Assembly (NCBI GenBank): GCA_021796225.1
Contig: JAJYOL010000003.1
Coordinates: 28,042 to 92,041, forward strand
DNA: 64,000 nucleotides
DNA from: Candidatus Micrarchaeota archaeon
GTDB taxonomy: Archaea > Micrarchaeota > Micrarchaeia > Micrarchaeales > CABMGC01
Direction: 5' to 3'
Position numbers and translations under genes: made by a program. The notes under the pieces were generated by a model that worked only from the letters and a program-made list of their open reading frames with translations, was not told where the DNA came from and did not search any database. Positions 53,667 through 63,662 of this stretch are shown one piece after another (position 1 is the first letter of the stretch; each line of letters starts with the position of its first letter).

Positions 53667-54815
53667 TCAGCCCCTCTTCCTCTTTATGTATGCCAATATT
53701 ATCGAAGCGTTTCCAAGCCATGTAGTGGCAAGGTCGCCTATTAAGCCGAAAAGCACGACTCCGGCTATTTCGTAGTATGTCGGTATGTATGCTATCAGTG
53801 AAAATACGAATAGGACTGCAAACGATGCTATTGCCGCACCGGTCATCGTAAGACCGGTAGTCATTGACGAATACGCGCGTTCTTCCGGCGTTCCTTCGTG
53901 CCTCTTGAGAATCCTTATCGAAGTGAGCAAGTCCGTATCTATCGAATATCCTATCAACATAAGCAGGCCGCCTATGCTTGCTATTCCGAGAGGTATTCCG
54001 AAAAGGCCCATGGCGCCCAGAGCGATTATTATATCGTTGGCTGCGCCGAACACGACTGCTATTGAAGGCACAGGAGAGCGGAATATTACGAATACGACGA
54101 TTGAAACGAGAACGAATGCAATTATTATGATATTTTCAAGCTCTGAGAGGAAGGTCTTTCCCTGCTGTTCGGTTATCGGCTGGTATGACGCGGGTGCGCT
54201 TGACGGCAGAATCGTTGACAACTGGGTCAGCACGGTATTCTGATAGGCAAGGCTTGCATTGGTGTATGATTCGCGCGCCACCACGGCCATTGATTCCGCA
54301 TTGGTTCCGTCATAACTCACATTGCCTATGAACGGTCTGAGATAGCCGAGTTCCTGCGTCAAGGCAGCATTCATTCCGGAAAGCGAACGGTTGGTATCCT
54401 CGTTTGCGTGTGTGAGCATCGATTCATATGTCGCATTGTTCGGATACTGTTTAAGCAGTATCGCAGCTTCGGTCTGATTCACTACGAACGTATCGTACAG
54501 CGATTGATTTGAATAGAATGCCATTAGCGAATAATAAGCGTTTGATATGCTCTGGTTTGCCGGTATGGTTATGGTTACCGTACCTGCGCTCTTCTGCACC
54601 GATGGAGACAGGACGTGCAATTTGCTCCCCACCAGTGCGGATATTTGCCTCTGGGTAAGCGTAGTGTTGCTCTGTATGGTTATCATCGAACCTCCGCTAA
54701 GCGAGGTGTCCAAAACTATGTGCGTCGAGAAGTAAATCCCTATTGCCATGAGGACAAGAGGCACCAGTATAAAGTACTTGGTGTGCTTGTGCGTGTAAAT
54801 GTTAGGTATCTTCAT
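53667..54815 (-). CDS. secF: Protein-export membrane protein SecF
   Basis: One TM, an extracytoplasmic domain and five TMs with LIGYSIDTDLLTSIRILKR. It is 1 nt upstream of secD. Confidence 0.8.
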   Translation of the reverse strand: MKIPNIYTHKHTKYFILVPLVLMAIGIYFSTHIVLDTSLSGGSMITIQSNTTLTQRQISALVGSKLHVLSPSVQKSAGTVTITIPANQSISNAYYSLMAFYSNQSLYDTFVVNQTEAAILLKQYPNNATYESMLTHANEDTNRSLSGMNAALTQELGYLRPFIGNVSYDGTNAESMAVVARESYTNASLAYQNTVLTQLSTILPSSAPASYQPITEQQGKTFLSELENIIIIAFVLVSIVVFVIFRSPVPSIAVVFGAANDIIIALGAMGLFGIPLGIASIGGLLMLIGYSIDTDLLTSIRILKRHEGTPEERAYSSMTTGLTMTGAAIASFAVLFVFSLIAYIPTYYEIAGVVLFGLIGDLATTWLGNASIILAYIKRKRG

Positions 54816-54951
54816 CTAAACCAGCATAATGTGTGCGTTAATGCATGCTCGGGCAGGTGCTGCCAGAAGCAGCTGCTTCAAGTAATACAGATATGTAACC
54901 GCTAAGCTATAAACCATGCCTATTGCCCCTTATCAGGAGCACGTACGGAAA

Positions 54952-55233
54952 TCAGCCGTACTGGCGCATGAGCTTGTTGTGCAATGCCTCGGCGAAGCCG
55001 AACACCACTACCATTATAGCGAATATTATGAGCGATATTCCGATGAAGAACGGAACGGTAAGGTTGAGCGAAGGATAGTACATTAGGAATATTCCTATGA
55101 ACAGCGCATACACCGCCCAATAGACGTTCTTGAATATGCCCCAGCTAGAATTCTTCTCCTTGTAATAAAGATGCCTTTTCATCCACAATTCCGGATCTAT
55201 CAGGACCTTTTCCTGTTTTTCTCTTGCGGCCAT
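54952..55233 (-). CDS. Small two-TM membrane protein, hypothetical
   Basis: 93-aa ORF with two hydrophobic helices, upstream of secFD. Confidence 0.4.
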   Translation of the reverse strand: MAAREKQEKVLIDPELWMKRHLYYKEKNSSWGIFKNVYWAVYALFIGIFLMYYPSLNLTVPFFIGISLIIFAIMVVVFGFAEALHNKLMRQYG

Positions 55234-55440
55234 TTTCTCATCAAAATTTTATCCTCACCCAAAGCTTAAATACCTTTCATGGATCAGGGCGGAACACATA
55301 ATTTGACAGTGTTGATTTGGGGGTATTGCGCATCTTTTAAAGGCATTATTGACATCGTGATATACCCGGGTTCATGACCACCGCATCAGGTATATATTCC
55401 ATAACGTGCAATAGGGACATACAAGCGGCAGGAGGGGCTC

Positions 55441-56991
55441 ATGGACAGGGAAAATTACGAAAAATCGGCTTATGAATCCAAAAGGGCAGAGCTTGCGCGC
55501 CGGCTTACGGGAAAGATAATCCTTGGTTCGGATATTCTCGACTCGGATATCGAAGAGGTAGACTTTGAAACCCTGGTTGCGAAGATATTCAATAAGTTTG
55601 AAGGCAGTACGGGATTGTCAGTGCTCGACAGGGAAACGCTGCTCGATATTAAATCGGTGCAGGAAGAAAAGGAGCCGATAAAGATAGAGACGCCGAAAAT
55701 ACCCAGCGACGTGCCAAAGGCCAAGGAAATCGAATCCAGATTCAGCGTGACGAATGCGGAGGTAGGGCAGACGCACGGCGACGTTGCGGATTTCACGCGC
55801 TATTTCAACAACAGGATGGACAGGATGCGCGAGTTCTTCGGAAATTCGAGAGGAACGTCGCTGAGCAGCATGCTCAACAGGATAGACGGATTGAAACAGT
55901 ACACGAGCGGAAGGGAGGTAAGCATAGTCGGCATGGTTTACGACAAGATAGTGACAAAAAACGGGCACGTGATGATAACCCTTGAGGATGAAACCGGATC
56001 GGCAAAGGTCCTGTTCATCCGCCCGAGTAAGGAAGCGGGACGTGCGGCAACGGCTCTTTTCGATTCCTCGGTGCGCATAGTCATGGATGAGGTCATTGCG
56101 ATTAAAGGAAAAATATCCGGACCTTTCGTAATAGCAAATCAGATCTTGTGGCCGGACATACCGATCAGAATGAGAAAGACCACGGAAGACGACATCGCAA
56201 TGGCATTCATATCTGACGTTCACGTTGGCAGCAAGCTGTTCCGTGAAAAGCAGTTCTCCCGATTCATATCATGGCTTAACGGAGACGTCGATTACAGAAA
56301 GGATCTCGCGGGAAAGATAAAATACATTGTTGCGAGCGGAGATCTTGTTGACGGCATAGGAGTATATCCGAACCAGGACAAGGAACTGTCGATAACCGAT
56401 ATATACAAACAATATTCGGTTTTCTTCAATTTCATCGACAAGGTGCCCGACCATATAGAGGTGTTTCTTCTGGCCGGCAATCACGATGCGGTAAGGCTTG
56501 CGGAGCCGCAGCCCCCGCTTACCGAAGAATTGAAGCAGGATTTCAAGATGGACAACGTGCACTTCGTTTCGAATCCGGGTTTCATGAACCTGCACGGCCT
56601 GAAGGTCATCGGATATCACGGTGCATCCCTCGATTCCGTGATACAGTCCGTGCCCGGATGTAGTTACAATAAGCCGGAAATCGCAATGGTCGAGGTTCTT
56701 AAGCGAAGACATCTGTCTCCAATATACGGAGACAATCCGGTAGTTCCGGGAAAGACGGATCCGATGATAATAAAAGACGTTCCAGACGTGCTGCATATGG
56801 GGCACGTGCACAGAAACGGAAATACGGATTATCACGGCACGCTTGTAGTGAACAGCGGCACATGGCAATCGAAGACGCAGTATCAGGTGAAGTTGGGGCA
56901 CATGCCAACTCCGGCATTGCTGCAGGTATATGAAACGAAGAGTGCGGTGCTGAACGAGGTAGACTTCAACTTCGGCGATGAGCCGAAGTGA
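55441..56991 (+). CDS. polB: DNA polymerase II (PolD) small subunit DP1
   Basis: OB-fold region followed by calcineurin-like phosphoesterase motifs (FISDVHVGS, ASGDLVDG, LAGNHDA, MGHVHRNG). GGAGGGG lies upstream of the ATG. Confidence 0.9.
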   Translation: MDRENYEKSAYESKRAELARRLTGKIILGSDILDSDIEEVDFETLVAKIFNKFEGSTGLSVLDRETLLDIKSVQEEKEPIKIETPKIPSDVPKAKEIESRFSVTNAEVGQTHGDVADFTRYFNNRMDRMREFFGNSRGTSLSSMLNRIDGLKQYTSGREVSIVGMVYDKIVTKNGHVMITLEDETGSAKVLFIRPSKEAGRAATALFDSSVRIVMDEVIAIKGKISGPFVIANQILWPDIPIRMRKTTEDDIAMAFISDVHVGSKLFREKQFSRFISWLNGDVDYRKDLAGKIKYIVASGDLVDGIGVYPNQDKELSITDIYKQYSVFFNFIDKVPDHIEVFLLAGNHDAVRLAEPQPPLTEELKQDFKMDNVHFVSNPGFMNLHGLKVIGYHGASLDSVIQSVPGCSYNKPEIAMVEVLKRRHLSPIYGDNPVVPGKTDPMIIKDVPDVLHMGHVHRNGNTDYHGTLVVNSGTWQSKTQYQVKLGHMPTPALLQVYETKSAVLNEVDFNFGDEPK

Positions 56992-57043
56992 AATGTAAAA
57001 CAGATATGTTGACAGGAAACAAATGATTTTGCAGGTGTTTTGT

Positions 57044-60000
57044 ATGGAAATCGAAGAATATTTTAACAGGCTCTCCGTAGATTTCGACAAAGCATACGAA
57101 GTTGCAAAAACAGCAAGGGCAAAGGGGTTAGATCCGAAAAAGACGGTTGAAATTCGACCGGCTCCCGATCTTTCAAGCAGGGTCGAAGGACTTACAAACA
57201 TTGAAGGGATAGGGGAATTGATACGCAGCAAATATACAGGACAGTCGCGCAGCAAGCTCGCTTTTGAAGTCGTAAAGGAAATATGCACGAACAGCAGATT
57301 TGACAATAATGACAAATACTCAAGGATAGGCATAGCGGTAAAGGTGGGCACTGCAATACTCACGGAAGGGATACTTGTCGCACCTACGGAAGGCATACAG
57401 GGAGTCAAGGCATACAAGAATGGGGACGGATCCGATTACATATCCGTAGTTTATGCAGGCCCTATACGAGGAGCGGGAGGAACGGCCGCTGCGCTTTCCG
57501 TAGCGCTCGCGGATTACGCAAGAAAATTTTTCGGGATAGGCGCATACAAACCCACAATGGATGAAGTCGAACGTTATGTCGAGGAAATAGAGCTTTACCA
57601 TACGCGCGCCGCGAGATTGCAATACAGGCCAAGCGACGACGATATCAGAGTGATAATCGGGAACTGTCCCGTGTGCGTTGACGGGGTGCCGACGGAACAG
57701 ATAGAGGTAGGAGTGCATGCGAACCTGAAGAGATCCGATATCAATGGGAAAGAGGTACTTATTCCGAATCGCGTGCGGGGGGGCATAGCGCTCGTCGTAT
57801 GTGAAGGAATAGCGCAGAAAGCAAAAAAGCTGGTAAAAGAGGTTCGCGGAGTAGGATTGGATTGGGATTGGCTGAATGGAATAATCAAGGTTAACATCAA
57901 AAAAACGGATTCCGACAAGAAGATGGGCGTGTTCCTCGAGGATCTTGCCGCCGGAAGGCCGATACTCGCATATCCGAGTGCAATCGGCGGATTCAGACTC
58001 AGATACGGAAGAAGCAGGTTTACGGGAATCGCTGCGAAGGGATTCAGCCCAGCTACCATGATATTGTCAATGCAATTCATAGCATCGGGTACGCAGCTTA
58101 AAGTTGAACTTCCAGGAAAGGGATGCATCGCCATGCCAGTCGATACCATAGAAGGGCCTTTTGTCAGGTTAAAATCAGGGGAGGCGCTCCGAATAAACGA
58201 TGCCGAAACCGCGCTGAAAGTGAAAAACGAAATTGACGAAATACTTTACATGGGCGACATACTCGTAGCGTACGGCGATTTCAAAAAATCAAATACGCTC
58301 CTGCAGCCAACAAGTTACGTAGAAGAACTATGGAAAGCGCAGATGCTTGACAAGATAGGCAAGGAGGTTGATGCCGACCCTGCAAAGATTTCCTTTGCAA
58401 ACGCATACGCATTGTCCTTGGAAAGCGGTATTGGAATGCATCCGAAATTCCTGTTTGAATTTCAGGCAGTGAGCCCTTCACAACTTTCGGAGCTGGCACT
58501 TGCAATCCAGGAATCGCGAGACGGATGGCCTGCAAGCATCTTCAATGTCGACTCGTTGAAACTTGCAAACATACAGAGTGTGAAAACCACGCTGGAAAAG
58601 CTCTGCGTGCCGCATAAAATGGATAACGGAAGCATATTTATCGATGGGGAATATGCCGGGTCGCTGCTCGCTTCGCTTGGATTTGCAAAGGGAAAGGACG
58701 GAATGCTAGACATAACACTGAATAGGATAAGTGCATTGAACAAGGAAGGAGCTACGAGCCTGCAGATAGTTTCCGATATTTCCCCGTTTGTTGTTCCGAA
58801 GAGATCCACTTTCATAGGTGCAAGAATAGGCAGGCCGGAAAAAGCAAGAGAAAGGCTGATGAAACCGGCACCGAATGTTCTTTTCCCAATAGGCTCATAC
58901 GGCGGTCCGGCAAGGAACATCACATCTGCGCATGCATCAGATGCGAAGAAATTCAGGTCGAGCATGAAGGCTGAACTTGCGAGATACAGATGCCCGAAAT
59001 GCAAACTGATACGCGAAACGAGATACTGCAGAGATTGCGGCGAACGTTGTGAGATAGAATACAGGTGCCCTTCCTGTGACAAAACTTTCTTCACGCAGCA
59101 ATGCCCGTTCTGCAAGACCGCAGGGATAGGTTACGAGAACAGAGAGGTCAATCTTTCAAAAATGGTTTCGACCGCATTGCAGGTTGCAGGCATATCGAAA
59201 CTTCCAAGCATGTTCAAAGGAGTCAAGGGGTTGAGCAACAGGGAAAGAATAGCGGAGCCACTTGAAAAAGGAATTCTCAGAGCATCGCACAACGTCCACA
59301 TGTTCAAAGACGGCACGTCGAGATTCGATGCCACTGATGCGCCGCTTACACATTTCTATCCCAGCGAAGCCGGAGTCAGCCTGGAAAAAATGCACAGCAT
59401 GGGATATGACAAGGATTATCTGGGAAGACCTTTGGAAAGCGAGGAGCAGCTCGTCGAGTTAAGACATCAGGATATAATTCTCAATAGGAAGGGGGGAGAA
59501 GACATGCTGCGGATATCGCAGTTCGTTGACGATATGCTTGAACGCGTATACGGCCTCCCGAGATATTACAATGCCGTAACGATACAGGATATGATAGGCA
59601 AATTGGCGATAACGCTGTCACCGCACACGTCGTGCGGAGTTCTGAATAGGATAGTCGGATTCACGCAGGCGAATGTAGGGCTTGCACACCCGTACACGAT
59701 ATCCGCAAGAAGGAGGAATTGCGACGGCGACGAGGATACCGTGATGCTGCTGCTTGACGCGCTGATAAATTTCTCCAAGACGTACCTTCCCGAAACGGTA
59801 GGGGGAACCATGGATACGCCGCTCATACTCAGCGTCAATATAAAGCCGGAAGAAGTTGACGATGAGGTTCATGCGATGGAAGTCGTATCCGAATATCCGC
59901 TGGCTTTCTACGGAAAGACATACGAATATGCTTCTCCAGGTGAAGCGGAATTGGAGTTGGTTGAGTCGAGGCTTAAGAATGATAGCGTCTATTCCGATAT

Positions 60001-60490
60001 AAAATTCACGCACGGCTCCTCGGCAACTGCGATAAGCCTTTCCCCGAAGAGAAGCCTATATGCGGAATTGAATACTATGCAGGAAAAGGTCGATGCCGAA
60101 TTCGGACTCATGGACAAGATATATGCTGTTGACAAGAAGGATGCGGCACGCAGAGTGATAATGAGCCATTTCATACCAGATCTGATAGGAAACCTTCACT
60201 CGTTTTCAAGACAGACGTTCAGGTGCACGTCGTGCAACGCAAAATACAGAAGGGTTCCGCTTGCCGGGAAATGCACGAAGGACGGAGGAAAACTTCTTTT
60301 GACAATATCGAAAGGGGGCATAGAAAAGTATCTGACGATGGCAATAACCCTCGCGGAAAGATACGGATTGGAGCCGTACATAAGGCAGAGGCTGTATCTC
60401 GTGCGTGACGAAATCAATGAGATATTTGCAGGCAAGGAGATAAGCGCCGATGCGACCGACGGCCAATTCAGCCTGATGAAATATTTTTGA
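57044..60490 (+). CDS. polC: DNA polymerase II (PolD) large subunit DP2, no intein apparent
   Basis: About 1148 aa with Zn modules CPKCK..CRDCG, CPSCD..CPFC and CTSCNAKYRRVPLAGKCTKDGGKL. It directly follows DP1. Confidence 0.95.
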   Translation: MEIEEYFNRLSVDFDKAYEVAKTARAKGLDPKKTVEIRPAPDLSSRVEGLTNIEGIGELIRSKYTGQSRSKLAFEVVKEICTNSRFDNNDKYSRIGIAVKVGTAILTEGILVAPTEGIQGVKAYKNGDGSDYISVVYAGPIRGAGGTAAALSVALADYARKFFGIGAYKPTMDEVERYVEEIELYHTRAARLQYRPSDDDIRVIIGNCPVCVDGVPTEQIEVGVHANLKRSDINGKEVLIPNRVRGGIALVVCEGIAQKAKKLVKEVRGVGLDWDWLNGIIKVNIKKTDSDKKMGVFLEDLAAGRPILAYPSAIGGFRLRYGRSRFTGIAAKGFSPATMILSMQFIASGTQLKVELPGKGCIAMPVDTIEGPFVRLKSGEALRINDAETALKVKNEIDEILYMGDILVAYGDFKKSNTLLQPTSYVEELWKAQMLDKIGKEVDADPAKISFANAYALSLESGIGMHPKFLFEFQAVSPSQLSELALAIQESRDGWPASIFNVDSLKLANIQSVKTTLEKLCVPHKMDNGSIFIDGEYAGSLLASLGFAKGKDGMLDITLNRISALNKEGATSLQIVSDISPFVVPKRSTFIGARIGRPEKARERLMKPAPNVLFPIGSYGGPARNITSAHASDAKKFRSSMKAELARYRCPKCKLIRETRYCRDCGERCEIEYRCPSCDKTFFTQQCPFCKTAGIGYENREVNLSKMVSTALQVAGISKLPSMFKGVKGLSNRERIAEPLEKGILRASHNVHMFKDGTSRFDATDAPLTHFYPSEAGVSLEKMHSMGYDKDYLGRPLESEEQLVELRHQDIILNRKGGEDMLRISQFVDDMLERVYGLPRYYNAVTIQDMIGKLAITLSPHTSCGVLNRIVGFTQANVGLAHPYTISARRRNCDGDEDTVMLLLDALINFSKTYLPETVGGTMDTPLILSVNIKPEEVDDEVHAMEVVSEYPLAFYGKTYEYASPGEAELELVESRLKNDSVYSDIKFTHGSSATAISLSPKRSLYAELNTMQEKVDAEFGLMDKIYAVDKKDAARRVIMSHFIPDLIGNLHSFSRQTFRCTSCNAKYRRVPLAGKCTKDGGKLLLTISKGGIEKYLTMAITLAERYGLEPYIRQRLYLVRDEINEIFAGKEISADATDGQFSLMKYF

Positions 60491-60492
60491 TG

Positions 60493-61815
60493 TCACCGCT
60501 TCCGGATTGATATCTCCTTTATTGCCGATTCGAGTACATTCAGCCCTTTCTCCAGATTTTCCATCGTTATAGTCAAAGGCGGGATTATCCTTATCGAAGA
60601 TATGCCCGTAGGCATGAGTAGCAGTCCCTTCGAGAAGCATTTTTTCATTATCTCTTCCGTTTCTTCTATCGCGGGTTCTTTTGTATCCTTATTCTTCACT
60701 AGTTCGATGGCTATCATAAGGCCTATCCCTCTTACGTCACCGACAAGCTCGTAGCGCTCCTTCATTTCCTCAAGCCTCTTTCTTGCGTATGCGCCCTTTT
60801 CTTTCGAGACCTTTTCGAGAGATGCCCTGTTTTTCTTCACGTATTTTATCAATGCGTTTGCGGCTGCTACTGCCATCAGATTTCCTCCGAACGTGCTGGC
60901 ATGTGACCCTTTTGGGATATCGCCGAGCGATGTGCGCGTTATGGTAGCGCCGAATGGAAGGCCGCCGCCAAGGGCTTTTGCCATCGAATATATGTCTGCC
61001 TCGACTCCAAAATTCTCCATTGCAAGGAATTTTCCTGTGCGCATGTATCCCGCCTGCACTTCATCCGATACGAGAAGGATCTCATTCTCATCTGCTATCT
61101 TCCGCATCTTTTTCATGAATTCCTTCGGAGGCACTATGTATCCCCCTTCACCCTGTATCGGCTCTATGAACATCGCGCCTATCTGGTCGGCAGGCATGTC
61201 CCTCGCGAATATCGTATCCTTGACGTAATCGGCACATGCTACGCCGCACGACGGAAATTCCTTTCCGAGAGGGCATCGATAGCAGTAAGGATATAACGCA
61301 TGAATGGTATTCCCGAATGGGCCGAACATCTTCCGGTATTTTGATTTTGAAGCGGTAAGTCCGAGCGATCCGTGGGTTCTTCCATGAAACGCGCCGTAAA
61401 ATGCGATGTTGTACTGCTTCTTCGTGAAAAGTTTTGCGAATTTGAGCGCCGCCTCGTTCGCTTCCGTTCCCGAATTCGAGAAGAATGTTTTTCCGAATCC
61501 TTTCGGAAACATGCTGAGCAGGTTTTCCGCAAATTCCACAGGAAGTTCGGAATAGTAGTCGTAGAATGCGGTATGCATCAGCTTGTCCGCCTGGAGCTTA
61601 ACCGCTTTTTTGACGTCTTCAATTGAGCCCGCTCCGAAATTGTAAACAGCTATGAAACTGGAGAAGTCGATGAATTTTCTGCCGTCTACGTCATATGCGA
61701 AGTCTCCGCGAGCCTTATCGGCCATGAAAACGTAGGGAAGCCGCGTAGTAGTCAGTATGGCTTTGGAATCCCTTTTCAATATGTCGCGTATCTTCTTGCT
61801 CGGCTCCCTATCCAT
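60493..61815 (-). CDS. Class III PLP-dependent aminotransferase (acetylornithine/GABA aminotransferase family)
   Basis: FSNSGTEANEAALKFAK, VSDEVQAGYMRTGK, and the SMAK Lys region. Confidence 0.85.
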   Translation of the reverse strand: MDREPSKKIRDILKRDSKAILTTTRLPYVFMADKARGDFAYDVDGRKFIDFSSFIAVYNFGAGSIEDVKKAVKLQADKLMHTAFYDYYSELPVEFAENLLSMFPKGFGKTFFSNSGTEANEAALKFAKLFTKKQYNIAFYGAFHGRTHGSLGLTASKSKYRKMFGPFGNTIHALYPYCYRCPLGKEFPSCGVACADYVKDTIFARDMPADQIGAMFIEPIQGEGGYIVPPKEFMKKMRKIADENEILLVSDEVQAGYMRTGKFLAMENFGVEADIYSMAKALGGGLPFGATITRTSLGDIPKGSHASTFGGNLMAVAAANALIKYVKKNRASLEKVSKEKGAYARKRLEEMKERYELVGDVRGIGLMIAIELVKNKDTKEPAIEETEEIMKKCFSKGLLLMPTGISSIRIIPPLTITMENLEKGLNVLESAIKEISIRKR

Positions 61816-61883
61816 ACTATCTATTCTACATGCTAGCCAAGACTTTTATTTCTTGTGCAGGCATTCCAGCATGCCGATTCGGA

Positions 61884-62141
61884 TTACTTGAGCTTTGTTG
61901 CCTCTATTTCAAGGACCTTTGCAAGCTGATCCTTGCTCTTCTCGTCTATCTTTTCAGAGAGAAATTCGAGATGCTTTACGTTGCACTTTCTTTCCTTCGG
62001 CCTGCGTGAAGTCACCACGTTTACAAAATTAGCGTCAACTACCTTGGTAACTACCGCCTTGTCTCCGGCATCGCGGCCAAATCTCTTTATGCATACTCTT
62101 CCTGTTTCTATCAAAGGCATAATATCACTTCTAAGCGTCAT
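61884..62141 (-). CDS. rpl14e: 50S ribosomal protein L14e (eL14)
   Basis: IETGRVCIKRFGRDAGDKAVVTKVVDANFVNV KOW motif, in the conserved position after cmk. Confidence 0.85.
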   Translation of the reverse strand: MTLRSDIMPLIETGRVCIKRFGRDAGDKAVVTKVVDANFVNVVTSRRPKERKCNVKHLEFLSEKIDEKSKDQLAKVLEIEATKLK

Positions 62142-62226
62142 TGTTTAGCAGGATGAACCGTAAAACGGCAATCCTCACTAAGGATATATTTGTTTGGAAA
62201 AGGATTTAATACGTTCGTATCCTCAG

Positions 62227-62790
62227 TTACAGGGCGGTTTCCTTCAGTTTCTTCAGTATGATTTCAGCTACTTCCTCAGCTGGGATGTTGTCGGTATCGA
62301 CTACCATGTCAAACGGATCCTTGTCCTTTCCGAATTCCATGTTGTACAGACGCTTGTACAGTTTGTAATTTTCCACGTCCCTTATCCTCGTAGTCTCCAG
62401 CGTCTGCTTTATTTCAGTATTATCCCTTACAGCCATGCGTGCCGCACGGTTTTCGGTGTGTGCATTGAGCCAGATTTTGAATCCTTCCTCGCGGAATATC
62501 CACGGTGCGGTATAGCTCGTGACCACTATGTTTCCAGCCTTAATCTTCTTAAGCAGCCTGCTGTCGGTTTCGCGGTCAAAATCAGGATTCGTCTCGCGCT
62601 CCTTCATGAATTTTATTCCGTCAGGAGTATCCCACCAGTCATCGCCTCCGGGAGAATATCCACGGTCGCGCGCCATCTCTTTCAGTATGTCTCCGGCGCT
62701 GAGTGCGGAAACACCCAGACGCTTTGCTATTATTTTAGCAACGGTCGTCTTGCCCGCCGCTGGCATACCGGATATGATTATGGCTTTCAT
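62227..62790 (-). CDS. cmk: Cytidylate kinase (archaeal type)
   Basis: MKAIIISGMPAAGKTTVAKIIAKRLG P-loop, in L34e-cmk-L14e synteny. Confidence 0.85.
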   Translation of the reverse strand: MKAIIISGMPAAGKTTVAKIIAKRLGVSALSAGDILKEMARDRGYSPGGDDWWDTPDGIKFMKERETNPDFDRETDSRLLKKIKAGNIVVTSYTAPWIFREEGFKIWLNAHTENRAARMAVRDNTEIKQTLETTRIRDVENYKLYKRLYNMEFGKDKDPFDMVVDTDNIPAEEVAEIILKKLKETAL

Positions 62791-62806
62791 GTACGATGCC
62801 CGGTTA

Positions 62807-63139
62807 TCAGTGTGATATCATCTGAAGTATGTAGTTTCTCTGCACGATGCTTATATCGTTCAGCTTCATCTCCCCGCGCTCTATCCTGCTTGCGAGCTTT
62901 ATCACGTTTGCAGCGCATTTTGAGCAGAGTACGCCTCCGAACATTCTCGAATTCGTCTTGCGGGACTTGCTTGCGCCTGCTTTTATCGAAATACCGTTGA
63001 GTTCCGCCTTGCATATCGAGCAGTGCGGGAGCGCACCCGGCTTCCTCTCGTAATGTATCGTATGTCTGTTTTTAGGGGTGGTTCTGTGCAGCTTTCTGAA
63101 GCTGTGTGACCTGTGCATTGGTTTTGGCAAATCTAACAC
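62807..63139 (-). CDS. rpl34e: 50S ribosomal protein L34e (eL34); GTG start at 63139 or ATG at 63118
   Basis: RSHSFRKLHRTTPKNRHTIHYERKPGALPHCSICKAELNGI. Confidence 0.85.
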   Translation of the reverse strand: MLDLPKPMHRSHSFRKLHRTTPKNRHTIHYERKPGALPHCSICKAELNGISIKAGASKSRKTNSRMFGGVLCSKCAANVIKLASRIERGEMKLNDISIVQRNYILQMISH

Positions 63140-63182
63140 CTGTAGAAATTAACATTAATCAGCAAAGATATTTATATGCTTA

Positions 63183-63662
63183 TTAGGACTGCGCCTGCTT
63201 TGGCTTTCCGAACCTTCTTTTATCATATTGGCCGAGAAGCAGCTGAAGCGCGAAGCTTATGATGACCGTGAATATGATGAAATCCCAGTTGTCAACAAAC
63301 GTGTGATAAGTTATCTTCGTTACGAAGAGATTGTAAGTTGCGGTGCCCGATGGAAAGAGTGCCGGAAGCAGGAAGAAGTAAAATCCTATGGATATTACGA
63401 AAACGACAGGCATTGCCTTCATCTGGTGTTTCGTTGAAGCGGACATCGCAGTCGTAAGCTCCTTCTGCTTTGCGGAGAGCTCTTCCTGGCCCGCTTTCCT
63501 GTCAACCAGCGCCTTGAACTCCGCCTGTATCCTCTTCATGTCTTCCTGGAATCTGAAGGTTTTTTCGGCTTTCGAGATCGTTCTCTGTACGCCGAGTGAA
63601 AGTCCTACGTCTATGATTGACAGTGCAATAAGCTCCAGTATTATCAGGCTCAATTTACTCAC
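63183..63662 (-). CDS. DUF106/Ylp1 membrane protein (Oxa1/YidC-superfamily insertase homolog)
   Basis: TM1, a coiled-coil loop (MKRIQAEFKALVDRKAGQEELSAKQKEL), then two TMs. The position between adk and rpl34e is conserved. Confidence 0.65.
   Translation of the reverse strand: MSKLSLIILELIALSIIDVGLSLGVQRTISKAEKTFRFQEDMKRIQAEFKALVDRKAGQEELSAKQKELTTAMSASTKHQMKAMPVVFVISIGFYFFLLPALFPSGTATYNLFVTKITYHTFVDNWDFIIFTVIISFALQLLLGQYDKRRFGKPKQAQS

Noticed and set aside
56269-57417. 382-aa minus-strand ORF, the longest antisense ORF in the window.
   Set aside because: It overlaps the 3' end of PolD DP1 and the 5' end of DP2, both unambiguous. Its R/H/L/V/I-rich sequence is typical of the reverse frame of a coding region.
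62194-63000. 268-aa plus-strand ORF.
   Set aside because: It is antisense to cmk and rpl34e, which have strong signatures and conserved synteny. Its composition is low-complexity, rich in S, R, L and F.
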